Made by a program: the position numbers and the translations under genes. From Gammaproteobacteria bacterium (lineage in GTDB: Bacteria; Pseudomonadota; Gammaproteobacteria; Eutrophobiales; Eutrophobiaceae), in contig OZ220696.1 in assembly GCA_965116495.1 (NCBI GenBank), forward strand, positions 3,232,001-3,296,000: a stretch of 64,000 bases of DNA. The letters are read 5' to 3'. The notes beneath the pieces are model-generated. The model had not been told where the DNA came from and did not search any database. It saw nothing but the letters and a program-made list of their open reading frames with translations. How positions within the stretch are numbered: position 1 is the stretch's first letter; the number at the start of each line of letters is the position of its first letter. Shown piece by piece: positions 18,732 through 28,114 of the stretch.

Positions 18732-20470
18732 TTACTGGTTGATACATTCATCAGCATTGCACGTAATGTGTATATGACCTCTATTAGATACTCCAGAAGG
18801 ATAGGTTTTACTGTGCAACACTTTGAAGTCAGTATGCGCATGTATAAAGGATATGACCTGGTTTCTGGTCAGACCTGTTTCAGCAAACCGGATATCTAGC
18901 GCACGGTTATTGTAAGGCATCTGATCATTATGAAAACCTATACTGTCATCAACGAACTCGCCCGTTGAATGGGAAATAGAACCGTCTCTTTCACTGTCAT
19001 AATACCTGTCTCCTCCAGAAACGCTTACGCGACCACCGGTATGCTCCTGTAATGCTGCGTTCAGCGTCTCTGCTTCCGTTCGCACACCCTCATTCTTGAC
19101 CACACAAGCATTTCCACCTCCACAATCACTGTAATCTACTCCGTTTTGTATGTTCCTGGCTCTCGTCTCCGCATTAAACAACTGCGCCATAGCCGAGGTC
19201 AAGGCCCCGTTGGCAAACTTCCCACCCGTTATCCTGGAGATGGTGCCGCCCACGGTGGCGGCAATGGCGGTGCGGCCCATGACCGCCGGGGCGCTGCCGT
19301 CCGCATAACTGAACCGTCCCATCACCGCCTTGGAGATGCCCGCCGCCAGGAACCCGTGCCCGAACTGGCCGCCCTGCAACTCTGCCAGTATCCCCCCGGC
19401 CAGCCCGTGCGTGAGCACATGGCCGAAACCCCCTTGTTGGAAAAAACCCGCCTCCGCCGCGAACTGACTCCCTATCCCATAGAACGCCGCCGCACTGATA
19501 CCTCCGAACAAGGCACCTTTGTACGAGCCCGAGGCGATGCCCCCGGTCCAGAACCCGAAGGTAAACGCACTCCCCCAGGAACTGATGACCCACTCCCGTA
19601 CCACCGGGATGGCTAACAAGGCAATACCCAGAAACGGTGCAAAGTCCCCAAACACCTTGTTCAGGCCCTTGAACACCTTCTTGAACAGCTTCCCGATAAA
19701 GTACCCGCTGGGGTTGGTATAGGTCAACGGATTATTCAGCACATAGCTGTAGGTGTTCCAGCTCTGGCTGTAGTGCGGGAACTGCACTATCGGGTCGGCC
19801 TGTAAGAACCGGCCGAGCCTCGGGTCATAGATGCGCCCGTTCATGTGGATGATGCCATACGCATCGAGCATCTCATGGCCGGTGTAGCCCCGGGGGGTGG
19901 TCCGGCTGTGCAGGGTGCTTCTCAGTGTCAGCAGGGCCAGTATCGCCGCGGTGCCGGGGGTTCGTCTCTGGCCCCAGGCATCGTAGCTGAAGGACTGGTC
20001 AAGCCTGCCGTACTGGTTAAGGAGGGCAGTGAGGCTGCCCAGGTGGTCCTTGAGCAGGTAGTGGGTCGTCTCGGCGGTGCGGGTGTCGCGGGTGTCATGG
20101 TCCTGGGTGATGAGCACGGCGCCATTGGCCAGGTACCGTTTCCAGGTGCTGCTGCCGTCCTCGGCGATGACGTGCTCCACGTTGCCGAGGTACACCGTGG
20201 TGGTGGTCGTGCGGCCGTTACCGGTGCGGGTGATGTCCGTGCGGGTGAGACGGGACCGGGCCGGGCCGTAGGTGAAGTGCACCTGGGCGGCCGTTCCCCG
20301 GTAGATGCTCTTGATTTTGTTGAAGGGCGTGTAGTCCAGTGAGCGCCCGGCCCCGGACACCTGGTTGCCCATAGCGTCGTAGTTGTAGTAGGTGCGCGTC
20401 GTGTTGTTGTCCTGGTCCGTTATCTCGGTCTTATCCACGGCATAGGGGTGGGCGGCGTGGTAGCTGTAGG
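18732..20470 (-). pseudogene. RHS repeat-associated core protein, 5'-truncated, with C-terminal toxin domain
   Basis: YDAMGN, DHLGS, YDAWG, RGYTGHE, HMNGRIYDPRLGRFLQADP and YSYVLNNPLTYTNPSG motifs; the first ~50 aa of the ORF (20470-20618) are not Rhs-like; GC drops sharply in the last ~150 codons. Confidence 0.85.
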
Positions 20471-20793
20471 CGCTACAGCGTCCAAACCCCCGGCGGTGTT
20501 GCCCCGGCGGCGTTGTACCACCAGCTGCAAAACGGCAAATTCGTGATTGCACACGACGGAACGGATTGTGCCAGTAATTTCTTTTGATAGACAAACATGA
20601 ATGACTATTCAGCAACAATTTGTAATCCCATTCATTTTAGGGTCGGACCAGGCCGAACGGGCAGAAGCTACTGATAATAAAGATAAACTTTCTCAAAAGG
20701 CGTGCTATTATGGGCTTAAATTGCGGTTTTTACAGGTCAAAACAGCACTTTAAGGAAAGTTCGGACTCCCGCTAAAGAAATGAGAAAACAGGT

Positions 20794-21594
20794 ATGGATG
20801 TTCCCAAGCCGCGTAATTATTACACGCAACCGCAGTTTATCGACCTGAACGGTCTGCGCACGGCCTTCCGGCGCAAGGGTAGCGGGGAGCCGGTGCTGTT
20901 CTTGCACGGGGCAGGATCGACGCGAATGTGGCTGCCCATGTACGAACGCTTCTCGCAATCGGTGGATTTCATCGCGCCGGAACACCCGGGCTTCGGCGAA
21001 ACACCGCGCCCGGATTGGTTGCAGAATTTCAATGATCTCGTTATTCACTACGATCAACTACGGGCACAACTGGGTATTGAGAGGTTTCACCTGGTCGGCT
21101 GGTCCCTGGGCGGGTGGGCCGCGGCGGAATTTGCATCTTATTACCCCCGCTGCTTGAAATCCCTGACCCTGATCGTGCCCATAGGGTTGCGCCTGGTCGA
21201 CAATCCCGGCGTCGACTTTTTCAAACTCCTGCCTGAGGAACTTGTTGACCTGCTTTTTAACGACAAGACAGCGCTTGAAGCTGTGGCGCCGGATCCGGAT
21301 GATTTCGAGGAGATCTGCCAGGCACATTATGAAGCCTCAACCTTCGCCAAGCTGATCTGGTCGCCGCGCTACAACCTGGCCCTGGAACACCGCCTGCAAA
21401 GGCTCGACTGCCCGACCCTGGTGGTCAAGGCCGAGGATGACCGGCTGGTTCCCAACGAGATGGGAGACCGTTTTTCCGAAGTGATACCGGGCGCAAAGAC
21501 CGTCACTATCCCGGAAACGGGCCATGCACTTTGCATTGAACGCCCCCATGATACCGCCGCTGCCATATTGAAGTTCATTGAGGAGAACGCTTGA
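20794..21594 (+). CDS. Alpha/beta fold hydrolase
   Basis: FLHGAG, HPGFG, GWSLG nucleophile, EDD acid and GH catalytic His. Confidence 0.9.
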   Translation: MDVPKPRNYYTQPQFIDLNGLRTAFRRKGSGEPVLFLHGAGSTRMWLPMYERFSQSVDFIAPEHPGFGETPRPDWLQNFNDLVIHYDQLRAQLGIERFHLVGWSLGGWAAAEFASYYPRCLKSLTLIVPIGLRLVDNPGVDFFKLLPEELVDLLFNDKTALEAVAPDPDDFEEICQAHYEASTFAKLIWSPRYNLALEHRLQRLDCPTLVVKAEDDRLVPNEMGDRFSEVIPGAKTVTIPETGHALCIERPHDTAAAILKFIEENA

Positions 21595-22952
21595 TGAATA
21601 AATTGAAATTCTACTTCTTTCATTTGATGCCCTATGGTTTTGTGCCCAGGTCCAGTGAGTTTGATTCATCCTGGGTGACATTGTCCAACAAACACTATGA
21701 TCCAACCCGCGGCCACCAGCTCTACAACGAGTACATCGACCTGCTGGTGGCGGCGGAAAAGTACGGTTATGACGGCGCTATCGTCAACGAACACCACGCC
21801 AATGCCTACGGCACCATGCCGTCACCCAACCTGATAGCGGCCATGGTGGTCACCAGGACGAAGCAAATGCCTGTTGGCATCGTCGGCAACGCCATCCCGT
21901 TGCACGGAAACCCAGTGCGGGTCGCTGAGGAGATAGCCATGCTGGACGTGATCTCCGGCGGGCGCATCATCTCCGGATTTGTACGCGGCATCGGCTGCGA
22001 GTACTTTAACAATCCCGTATCGCCGACGGACTCCGTGGAGCGGTTCTGGGAAGCCAATGAACTGATCCTCAAGGCCTGGACCGACCCCGGTCCGTTCACG
22101 TGGCAGGGAAAACATTATTACATCCCCAACGTCAACGTCTGGCCGCGCCCCATCCAGAAACCCCACCCCCCGGTCTGGCTGCCGGGCATGGGTTCCCTGG
22201 AAACCCTGCGGGAATGCGCCAGGAACCGGTATACCTACATGATGATCTTCGCGCCCACCTGGATGTGTAAATGGGCCTTCGACAAGCTGAAGGAGGAAGC
22301 GGAGAAATGTGGATACGAGTTGCCCAGGGACCAGTGCATGGCGGCCATCCCCACTTACGTGGCGGAAACGGATAAACAGGCGCACCGGGAGGCCAAGGCC
22401 CACATGCAATGGCTGTTCAATACCGGACTCAAGATAAAATCCAGCCATTATTTCCCGCCGGGATACATGAGCGACCGTTCCTTCCGCGGCTACTGGTCGG
22501 CCGTACGTGACAAGGGCGCCAAGGCGCCCATGGATCTGACCTACGATGACCTGATAAAACAGGGATATATCATCGTCGGTTCGCCCCAGACCGTGGCGGA
22601 AGGTTACGCGCAATACTGTGATGAACTCGGTGCCGGCGGCGTGCTCTGTGCCGGTTCGCCCTCCGGCCCCATGCCGAACTGGATGGCAATGAAAAACATG
22701 CAGATGTTTGCCGAGGAAGTCATGCCCCTGTTCCGCGCGGAGGACGGCAAGCCGGAGTACCTGAGAGAAGAGCGGAAGATCGGCAGCACCAACGCCGAAC
22801 GGGCCGCACAACTGGGTGAACCGGACAATCCGCCCACCGCGCCCATCCAGGGTATGGATGAGGTCCCCGATCTCAGGACCATACACCTGCCGGAGATGAT
22901 CGATGCGTCGCTCTACGACGGGGTTACCCGGGGGCTGATGGAGAAGGATTAA
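21591..22952 (+). CDS. Luciferase-like (LLM class) flavin-dependent monooxygenase
   Basis: NEHHAN, PVRVAEEIAMLDVISGGR, PRPIQKPHPPVW and FAEEVMP motifs. Confidence 0.92.
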   Translation: MMNKLKFYFFHLMPYGFVPRSSEFDSSWVTLSNKHYDPTRGHQLYNEYIDLLVAAEKYGYDGAIVNEHHANAYGTMPSPNLIAAMVVTRTKQMPVGIVGNAIPLHGNPVRVAEEIAMLDVISGGRIISGFVRGIGCEYFNNPVSPTDSVERFWEANELILKAWTDPGPFTWQGKHYYIPNVNVWPRPIQKPHPPVWLPGMGSLETLRECARNRYTYMMIFAPTWMCKWAFDKLKEEAEKCGYELPRDQCMAAIPTYVAETDKQAHREAKAHMQWLFNTGLKIKSSHYFPPGYMSDRSFRGYWSAVRDKGAKAPMDLTYDDLIKQGYIIVGSPQTVAEGYAQYCDELGAGGVLCAGSPSGPMPNWMAMKNMQMFAEEVMPLFRAEDGKPEYLREERKIGSTNAERAAQLGEPDNPPTAPIQGMDEVPDLRTIHLPEMIDASLYDGVTRGLMEKD

Positions 22953-23091
22953 GTCCGGACACCAGGGGCCTGTCGCGGCGGCAGCGTAACAGAGTTATCA
23001 AGGCACCGCCCTCATGGCGCGAGCCCCTGTTGCGCGGAATTTTGCTTCACCACCGGGCAACTATCTCTCTGTTCAACAATAGTAAATTCCT

Positions 23092-24435
23092 GTGCCTGTG
23101 ATTAAGTCAAGACCTGACTGGCCGTTTCCGGTCGAACGTTCGCCCATATTTTACGGCTGGGTGATCTGGCTTGTGTCTTCTGTTGGTTTTGTCATGTCCA
23201 TACCGGGGCAAACCATGGGCATGGCCGTGTTCACCGACCACTTCATCGAGGCATTCGGTTTATCGCGCACGGAACTCTCCATCGCGTATTTACTGGGTAC
23301 GCTCGGCAGCTCCTTGTTCCTGACCCGCGCCGGGCGGTTCTACGATGAAACAGGCGCCAGGGTGTCCATGGTCGCCTCGAGCATCGCGCTTGGCCTGTTC
23401 GTCAGCTACATTGCCTGCATCGATCATGTTGCCCGATACCTGAGCCATACCACTGAAATTTCGCCGGCAGCCGTTACCTTCCCGCTGATCCTGCTGGGTT
23501 ATTTCGGGGTGCGCTTTGCCGGGCAAGGCGTGCTCACCAGTTCTTCCAGGAACGTGCTGCTGGTCTGGTTTGAAAAAAGGCGCGGCCTGGTAGTCGGCGC
23601 GCGCAGTGTTTTTATCACCCTGGGGTTTTCGCTGGCGCCGCCGTTCCTGGCGTTGCTCATCAGCCATTTTGGCTGGCGCGACGCCTTGTTTGTCCTGGCC
23701 GTTATCGTCGGCGTGATGTTCAGCCTGACGGCGCTGGTTTTTATCAGGGACACCCCCGAATCCTGTGGCCTGTTACCCGACGGAAAGGACCCGGAGAACG
23801 GTGACGGGATGCCCGCGATAACAGGTCAAACGCTGGCCCAGGCAAGGAAAAGCCCGGTATTCTGGATCTATGCGCTGGCCCTCACCTTTTACTCGATGTT
23901 CGGAACGGCGTTCATTTTTCATATTGTCGCGATATTCGCCGAGGCCGGCAGGAGTCCGGCGGAAGCATTCGCCTACTTTTTTCCGCTCGCACTGGTATCG
24001 GTAAGCGCCAACCTGGGCAGCAGCTGGTTATCCGACAGGACCAGACTCAAGAACCTGCTGGTGGTAAAACTCATGGCATTTATCCTGGGGGCCTGGGGCC
24101 TGCTGCATTTGCAGCAACAGTCAGGATACTGGACCATGGTCGCCGGTTTCGGTGTCTGTGGCGGTATCTGGGCCGCCATTTCAAACCTGGCTTATATTCG
24201 CTTTTTCGGCCGTCAGCACCTGGGGCAGATCAGCGGCCTGAGCATGTCCCTGATTGTATTCGGCAGCGCCGTAGGCCCGGCCCTGTTCAGCGTTGGTTAT
24301 GATGAGTTCGGCACCTTCCACACGACGGTGTGGCTGAGCCTTGCCGTTTTGGTTGCGTTGCTGATTGCCGCCGTCATCATCCCGCAGGACGAGCCAATCC
24401 CCCCGGTTCAGGGACCGCCCGGCGGACTTCCCTGA
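23092..24435 (+). CDS. MFS transporter
   Basis: FYGWVI, PGQT, WFEKRRG and FFGRQHLGQISG motifs; about 12 TM segments. Confidence 0.87.
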   Translation: MPVIKSRPDWPFPVERSPIFYGWVIWLVSSVGFVMSIPGQTMGMAVFTDHFIEAFGLSRTELSIAYLLGTLGSSLFLTRAGRFYDETGARVSMVASSIALGLFVSYIACIDHVARYLSHTTEISPAAVTFPLILLGYFGVRFAGQGVLTSSSRNVLLVWFEKRRGLVVGARSVFITLGFSLAPPFLALLISHFGWRDALFVLAVIVGVMFSLTALVFIRDTPESCGLLPDGKDPENGDGMPAITGQTLAQARKSPVFWIYALALTFYSMFGTAFIFHIVAIFAEAGRSPAEAFAYFFPLALVSVSANLGSSWLSDRTRLKNLLVVKLMAFILGAWGLLHLQQQSGYWTMVAGFGVCGGIWAAISNLAYIRFFGRQHLGQISGLSMSLIVFGSAVGPALFSVGYDEFGTFHTTVWLSLAVLVALLIAAVIIPQDEPIPPVQGPPGGLP

Positions 24436-24499
24436 GAGCTTTGGCGCGTGCCGGTCACACGCCGGAGCAACACTCGGGAAGGCAACAAATAAGGCGCGG

Positions 24500-25165
24500 T
24501 TATTGCTCGACCAGGACTGTCAGCGCAAAGGCGAGGGTGCCCTCGCCATCTACCCGCACCTGGTAATCCTCTACGAATATCTTGCCGGCGATCTTCAGCT
24601 CCGGGTCCACAACGAACACCCCGGGATGCGGGATGCCGTACGCCAGATCTCCCGGTTCATACTGCTCGTTCAGGACGCCCAGGGTGAGGATGGTTTCGGC
24701 ATCAATATCCGAGAGCAGCGGATAGGTAATGGCAGCGGCATCGATGAACACCTGCTGCAACTCCGGCGCGTCGTAGGTAATTGCAACAATGCCGATACCC
24801 GCCTCTTCGAAGTCCGCTGTCTGTTCCTGCAACTGCACGAGTTGCCTCCGGCAATAGGGTCACCAGTCAGCCGAGCGCACCGCGATGAAGACTGCCCCGC
24901 GTTCACCCATGAACTGGTCGATACCGGTGATTTCCCGGCCCTGGTAGAGTGCCCGGATGGCGGGAAACCGGGCGCCAACCGGCAGCCCCGGGCTGAACGT
25001 ATCCGGATCTTCGGCAACGAACATCCCGCTGGTAACAGTATCTGCAAGGAGTCCGGCAACCTTGCCGCCGAACAGTTCGGTGGGCGGGCTATCCAGCACG
25101 ACAGCCGCGATGGGCAGGCCCAGGATAATCACGACTGTTGCAAAACCTTTAAGGAACTTTTTCAA
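24500..25165 (-). CDS. Peroxiredoxin-like (AhpC/TSA, thioredoxin fold) selenoprotein with in-frame UGA (W-U-P-Y-C)
   Basis: ORFs 24860-25165 and 24500-24838 are in the same frame, separated only by TGA (24862-24860) at the first position of the CxxC motif; downstream YPLLSD and PHPGVFVVD redoxin motifs. Confidence 0.85.
24829..24845 (-). promoter_or_regulatory. Candidate bacterial SECIS hairpin
   Basis: GCAACT-CGTGC-AGTTGC hairpin; the loop starts about 21 nt after the UGA and has G in position 2. Confidence 0.5.
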
Positions 25166-25419
25166 TATTTACACCCCTGAGCCAATCCCGGGACCGGTAA
25201 ACATCCTGGTGACGGACAGGCAGCTATAATGATAAAAGTCGTTCACAATTTTGTACCCATTGCCGGACATGTCGACGGTTTTCAAAATCAAAGCCCCCCT
25301 CGTGCGCAACCCTAGTGTAAGCCAGCAGTGCAATATCAGCAATAGTAAGTATTAGTATTTATTCTCTGACCCCGAATATCAATAGACGGGAGTTAGTAAG
25401 ATGGGCATGGGTAACCTTA

Positions 25420-26298
25420 TTAGTATTTTGGTTTCAGTGTTACATCGAAACCATCGTTCCCACCCTGGCAATTTGGACACCTGCGATGATGGACATCGCA
25501 TCCATTCGCTCCATATGTATGTTTACAGTCTTTACACTCCATTTCCCAAATGTTCTGCCCTGAAAAGTTGGGAGATGGCTGTGTCGTTTTTCTGATTAAG
25601 ACCTGTCCGTTAGGGTTTGAATCGCCCTCATTCATTATCGACCTCCGCTGTTTGCTTTCTGGTAGTGGCTCATCTGGTCCACGAATCACTAAACATGGTC
25701 TATTGAGTAATGACAAATCATCCGTCAGGCCTGATTGCAACAAAGCAGCGCCAATTAATGAGCGCGGATTAGAACAAGTGATGGCATTGTGAACTTCTGG
25801 ATCAGGCAGATAGCTATAAAACTGATTAACAGCAAGCTTAGCATCGCCAGTGTGGGTATCGGTCTTTGACCTGCTGGTTACGAATGCTTCCCAGAGAAAG
25901 AGACCTGCGTTTGATTGCACGAAGGATGACCACGTGAAATGAACCGGGACGTCGGTCATAATTTTGCGCTGAATTCGGGTTAGTATCCAAAGAGTTTCCG
26001 ATAACCCTATTGCGAGTGATATTGCGCCAGCTTGAGCGCTCCATGCACGATTGCCTTCGCCTTCGCGGGCGCATGAGAGGAGTTCTGGCTTGCACGACAC
26101 AGGAATAAAGAGCGGACACTCGAAACCAAGAGCCACAGGATGATTTGAATTGAGATCATCGGTAATCCTATCAGCGAAGCCACTAATATCCTGACCTGCT
26201 TCGGGTGTTGGCGATTCAACGCAATTCAGACGAGCCCACCCGAAATTATTTTTTACTACGGAGCCGATGTCTGCACAATAGATTACGAGAGAAGACAT
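25420..26298 (-). CDS. Hypothetical protein: putative RNase H-fold (DUF429-like) domain plus C-terminal zinc ribbon
   Basis: ADIGS, LGFECP, WEAF and DA acidic motifs; CKDC...CPNC tail; AT-rich. Confidence 0.55.
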   Translation of the reverse strand: MSSLVIYCADIGSVVKNNFGWARLNCVESPTPEAGQDISGFADRITDDLNSNHPVALGFECPLFIPVSCKPELLSCAREGEGNRAWSAQAGAISLAIGLSETLWILTRIQRKIMTDVPVHFTWSSFVQSNAGLFLWEAFVTSRSKTDTHTGDAKLAVNQFYSYLPDPEVHNAITCSNPRSLIGAALLQSGLTDDLSLLNRPCLVIRGPDEPLPESKQRRSIMNEGDSNPNGQVLIRKTTQPSPNFSGQNIWEMECKDCKHTYGANGCDVHHRRCPNCQGGNDGFDVTLKPKY

Positions 26299-26662
26299 TT
26301 AACTTGAACTTTGTTGATGTGGGCCAATCCCATCATCAGGTCGTGTTTCGTGGTACAAAACTTTTTCAATCAATATGCAAAAATATAAGGGGAACATAAC
26401 GTTATGAAGGTGGATTGTACAGCAAAATGATCTGTATCTGATTTGGAACGAAATGATGGCCGAGACGCAGAACCACCGATGTGGCAGACAGTTGCCTCCA
26501 GCCGGGTAAAATTCACACTCTGTGGAACTGTGAACGGTATCGGGAATGAACATGACTTGGTTCACCGTGATAAACTATGCTGGCCTTATGGTGGGGCGTG
26601 ACTTACGCTGAATACGCAAGAATGATAGTTCTGTTTGACATAACTGCTTTTGCATTCTCAGA

Positions 26663-27148
26663 ATGGGACGAGCTATGAGAAAATTAACACTAATATTAAT
26701 TTTGGTGCCTGGACTGGTTTCCGCAAAAAATATTTCTGTTTGTGGAGGGTTAGAAGGAAAGTCGTATTTCCCTAATTATGGAATGCTTGCCAAATTAAAC
26801 GAAGCAGAAACAGGTTGGCATGACGATCGCATAGGTGAGGGAAAAACTACAGTCACTAAGATTGGCGACGAATTCAATATTTTGTTTTCAGATGTTTCCG
26901 GCGCCCTAACCTCCGCTAAGGACGGTGGGGCGCAAATATTCCCTCTCCCTCTGATGACAGGCAAAGATACTTTTTCCATCATGGTAATTTGGCCTAGGGG
27001 ACCAGCAGTAGAAACTTATAATTTTTGGAAAGATAACGATGGACAATACAAATTCAGTTTAAGCCAAGTTAAGGGCGGATTAATTCATAAACAATCTCTT
27101 CTGGTTGGTAGTTGTACATATATGGATTTCAGTTGGATAGAAGAGTAA
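26663..27148 (+). CDS. Exported hypothetical protein
   Basis: Signal peptide MRKLTLILILVPGLVSA (start may be 26675); AT-rich. Confidence 0.65.
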   Translation: MGRAMRKLTLILILVPGLVSAKNISVCGGLEGKSYFPNYGMLAKLNEAETGWHDDRIGEGKTTVTKIGDEFNILFSDVSGALTSAKDGGAQIFPLPLMTGKDTFSIMVIWPRGPAVETYNFWKDNDGQYKFSLSQVKGGLIHKQSLLVGSCTYMDFSWIEE

Positions 27149-27274
27149 TGGTAACAATGACGAATAGAGATACATCATTGGATCGTAGCGGATACCGAAT
27201 AATTCGCTAATGGTGTCGGGGAACCCCCCATCTGCCGGATCAATACGTATTCAGTTAGGAGCTACCAAAACTGA

Positions 27275-27562
27275 TCAGGCAACATACGCCCATGCCTTGA
27301 ATTGTTCCTGTAAGTCAGGATCATCCTTGAAGGCAAGATAAAACAGGTATTCTGACGCCAAATCCAACTCATCAAACCAAACCACGGTATTATTCTTGAC
27401 TTGGAAATTCCTGAAATGTGACTTTTCTTTCAGCTTGGAGAAAATAGGTCTGTTATCGTTAAAGATCGTTTGTTGAAGGTCTGCCGTGCCGGTTTTACCA
27501 TTGTTGAAAACCAGATGTAGAGTGTAATCACCGGAATACTCTGCCAGCTCAACCTCAAGCAT
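27275..27562 (-). CDS. DUF2442-like protein (orphan TA-type component)
   Basis: YTLHLVFNNG...DL...IFSKLK...TVVW..ELDLASEYL pattern; the usual upstream DUF4160 partner is not seen. Confidence 0.75.
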   Translation of the reverse strand: MLEVELAEYSGDYTLHLVFNNGKTGTADLQQTIFNDNRPIFSKLKEKSHFRNFQVKNNTVVWFDELDLASEYLFYLAFKDDPDLQEQFKAWAYVA

Positions 27563-27632
27563 TGTGGCCTCTATACATCACTCAAAATGTCAATACCAAG
27601 GTGTATCGGGTACTGGACGGCGTTTCCTTATC

Positions 27633-28016
27633 TTATTTACAAAACCAGAACTCCATCTCCACCGTTGCATTGATGGGCAGGGCGTTGACGCCGACGGCCG
27701 TGCGCGCCGGGAGGCGCCTGTCTGCACTGATAACGGCTTCCCAGGACTTGTTGATCTCCGGGAACTGGTCGAAGCGGGTTGTGTAGATGCTCACGCTGTA
27801 CAGGTCATCCAGGGACAGGCCGAAATCCGGCAGGGCTTCCAGCAGGTTATTCAGGATTTTTGCGGTTTCCGCTCCGGCGCCGCCCGGTTCCAGCTGGCCG
27901 GTGTCCTTGTCCAGGGCAATCATCCCGGCGGTTTTGTAAAACGGCCCTGATTTGACCAGCGGGCTGTAACGGAACCGGGGTGCCGGCAGGTTTTCGGAGC
28001 TGAGTGATTCAATCAT
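27633..28016 (-). CDS. RidA/YjgF family protein
   Basis: YSPLVKSG and PARTAVGVNALP...VEME motifs. Confidence 0.9.
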   Translation of the reverse strand: MIESLSSENLPAPRFRYSPLVKSGPFYKTAGMIALDKDTGQLEPGGAGAETAKILNNLLEALPDFGLSLDDLYSVSIYTTRFDQFPEINKSWEAVISADRRLPARTAVGVNALPINATVEMEFWFCK

Positions 28017-28114
28017 GGTGTGTCAACCTCGTGTTTGCATGTCTACAGGGGATTTGGACCATCCCTGGCGATTTAACCGTTGTCCTGCCATAGTGAGCAG
28101 TTCCCGGTGCCTGG

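Noticed and set aside
20471-20618. N-terminal 50 aa of the 628-aa Rhs ORF
   Set aside because: Not Rhs-like and no RBS; chance open frame upstream of the truncation point.
26299-26565. 88-aa ORF upstream of the nuclease-like gene
   Set aside because: No motifs or clear RBS; cannot be supported as a gene.
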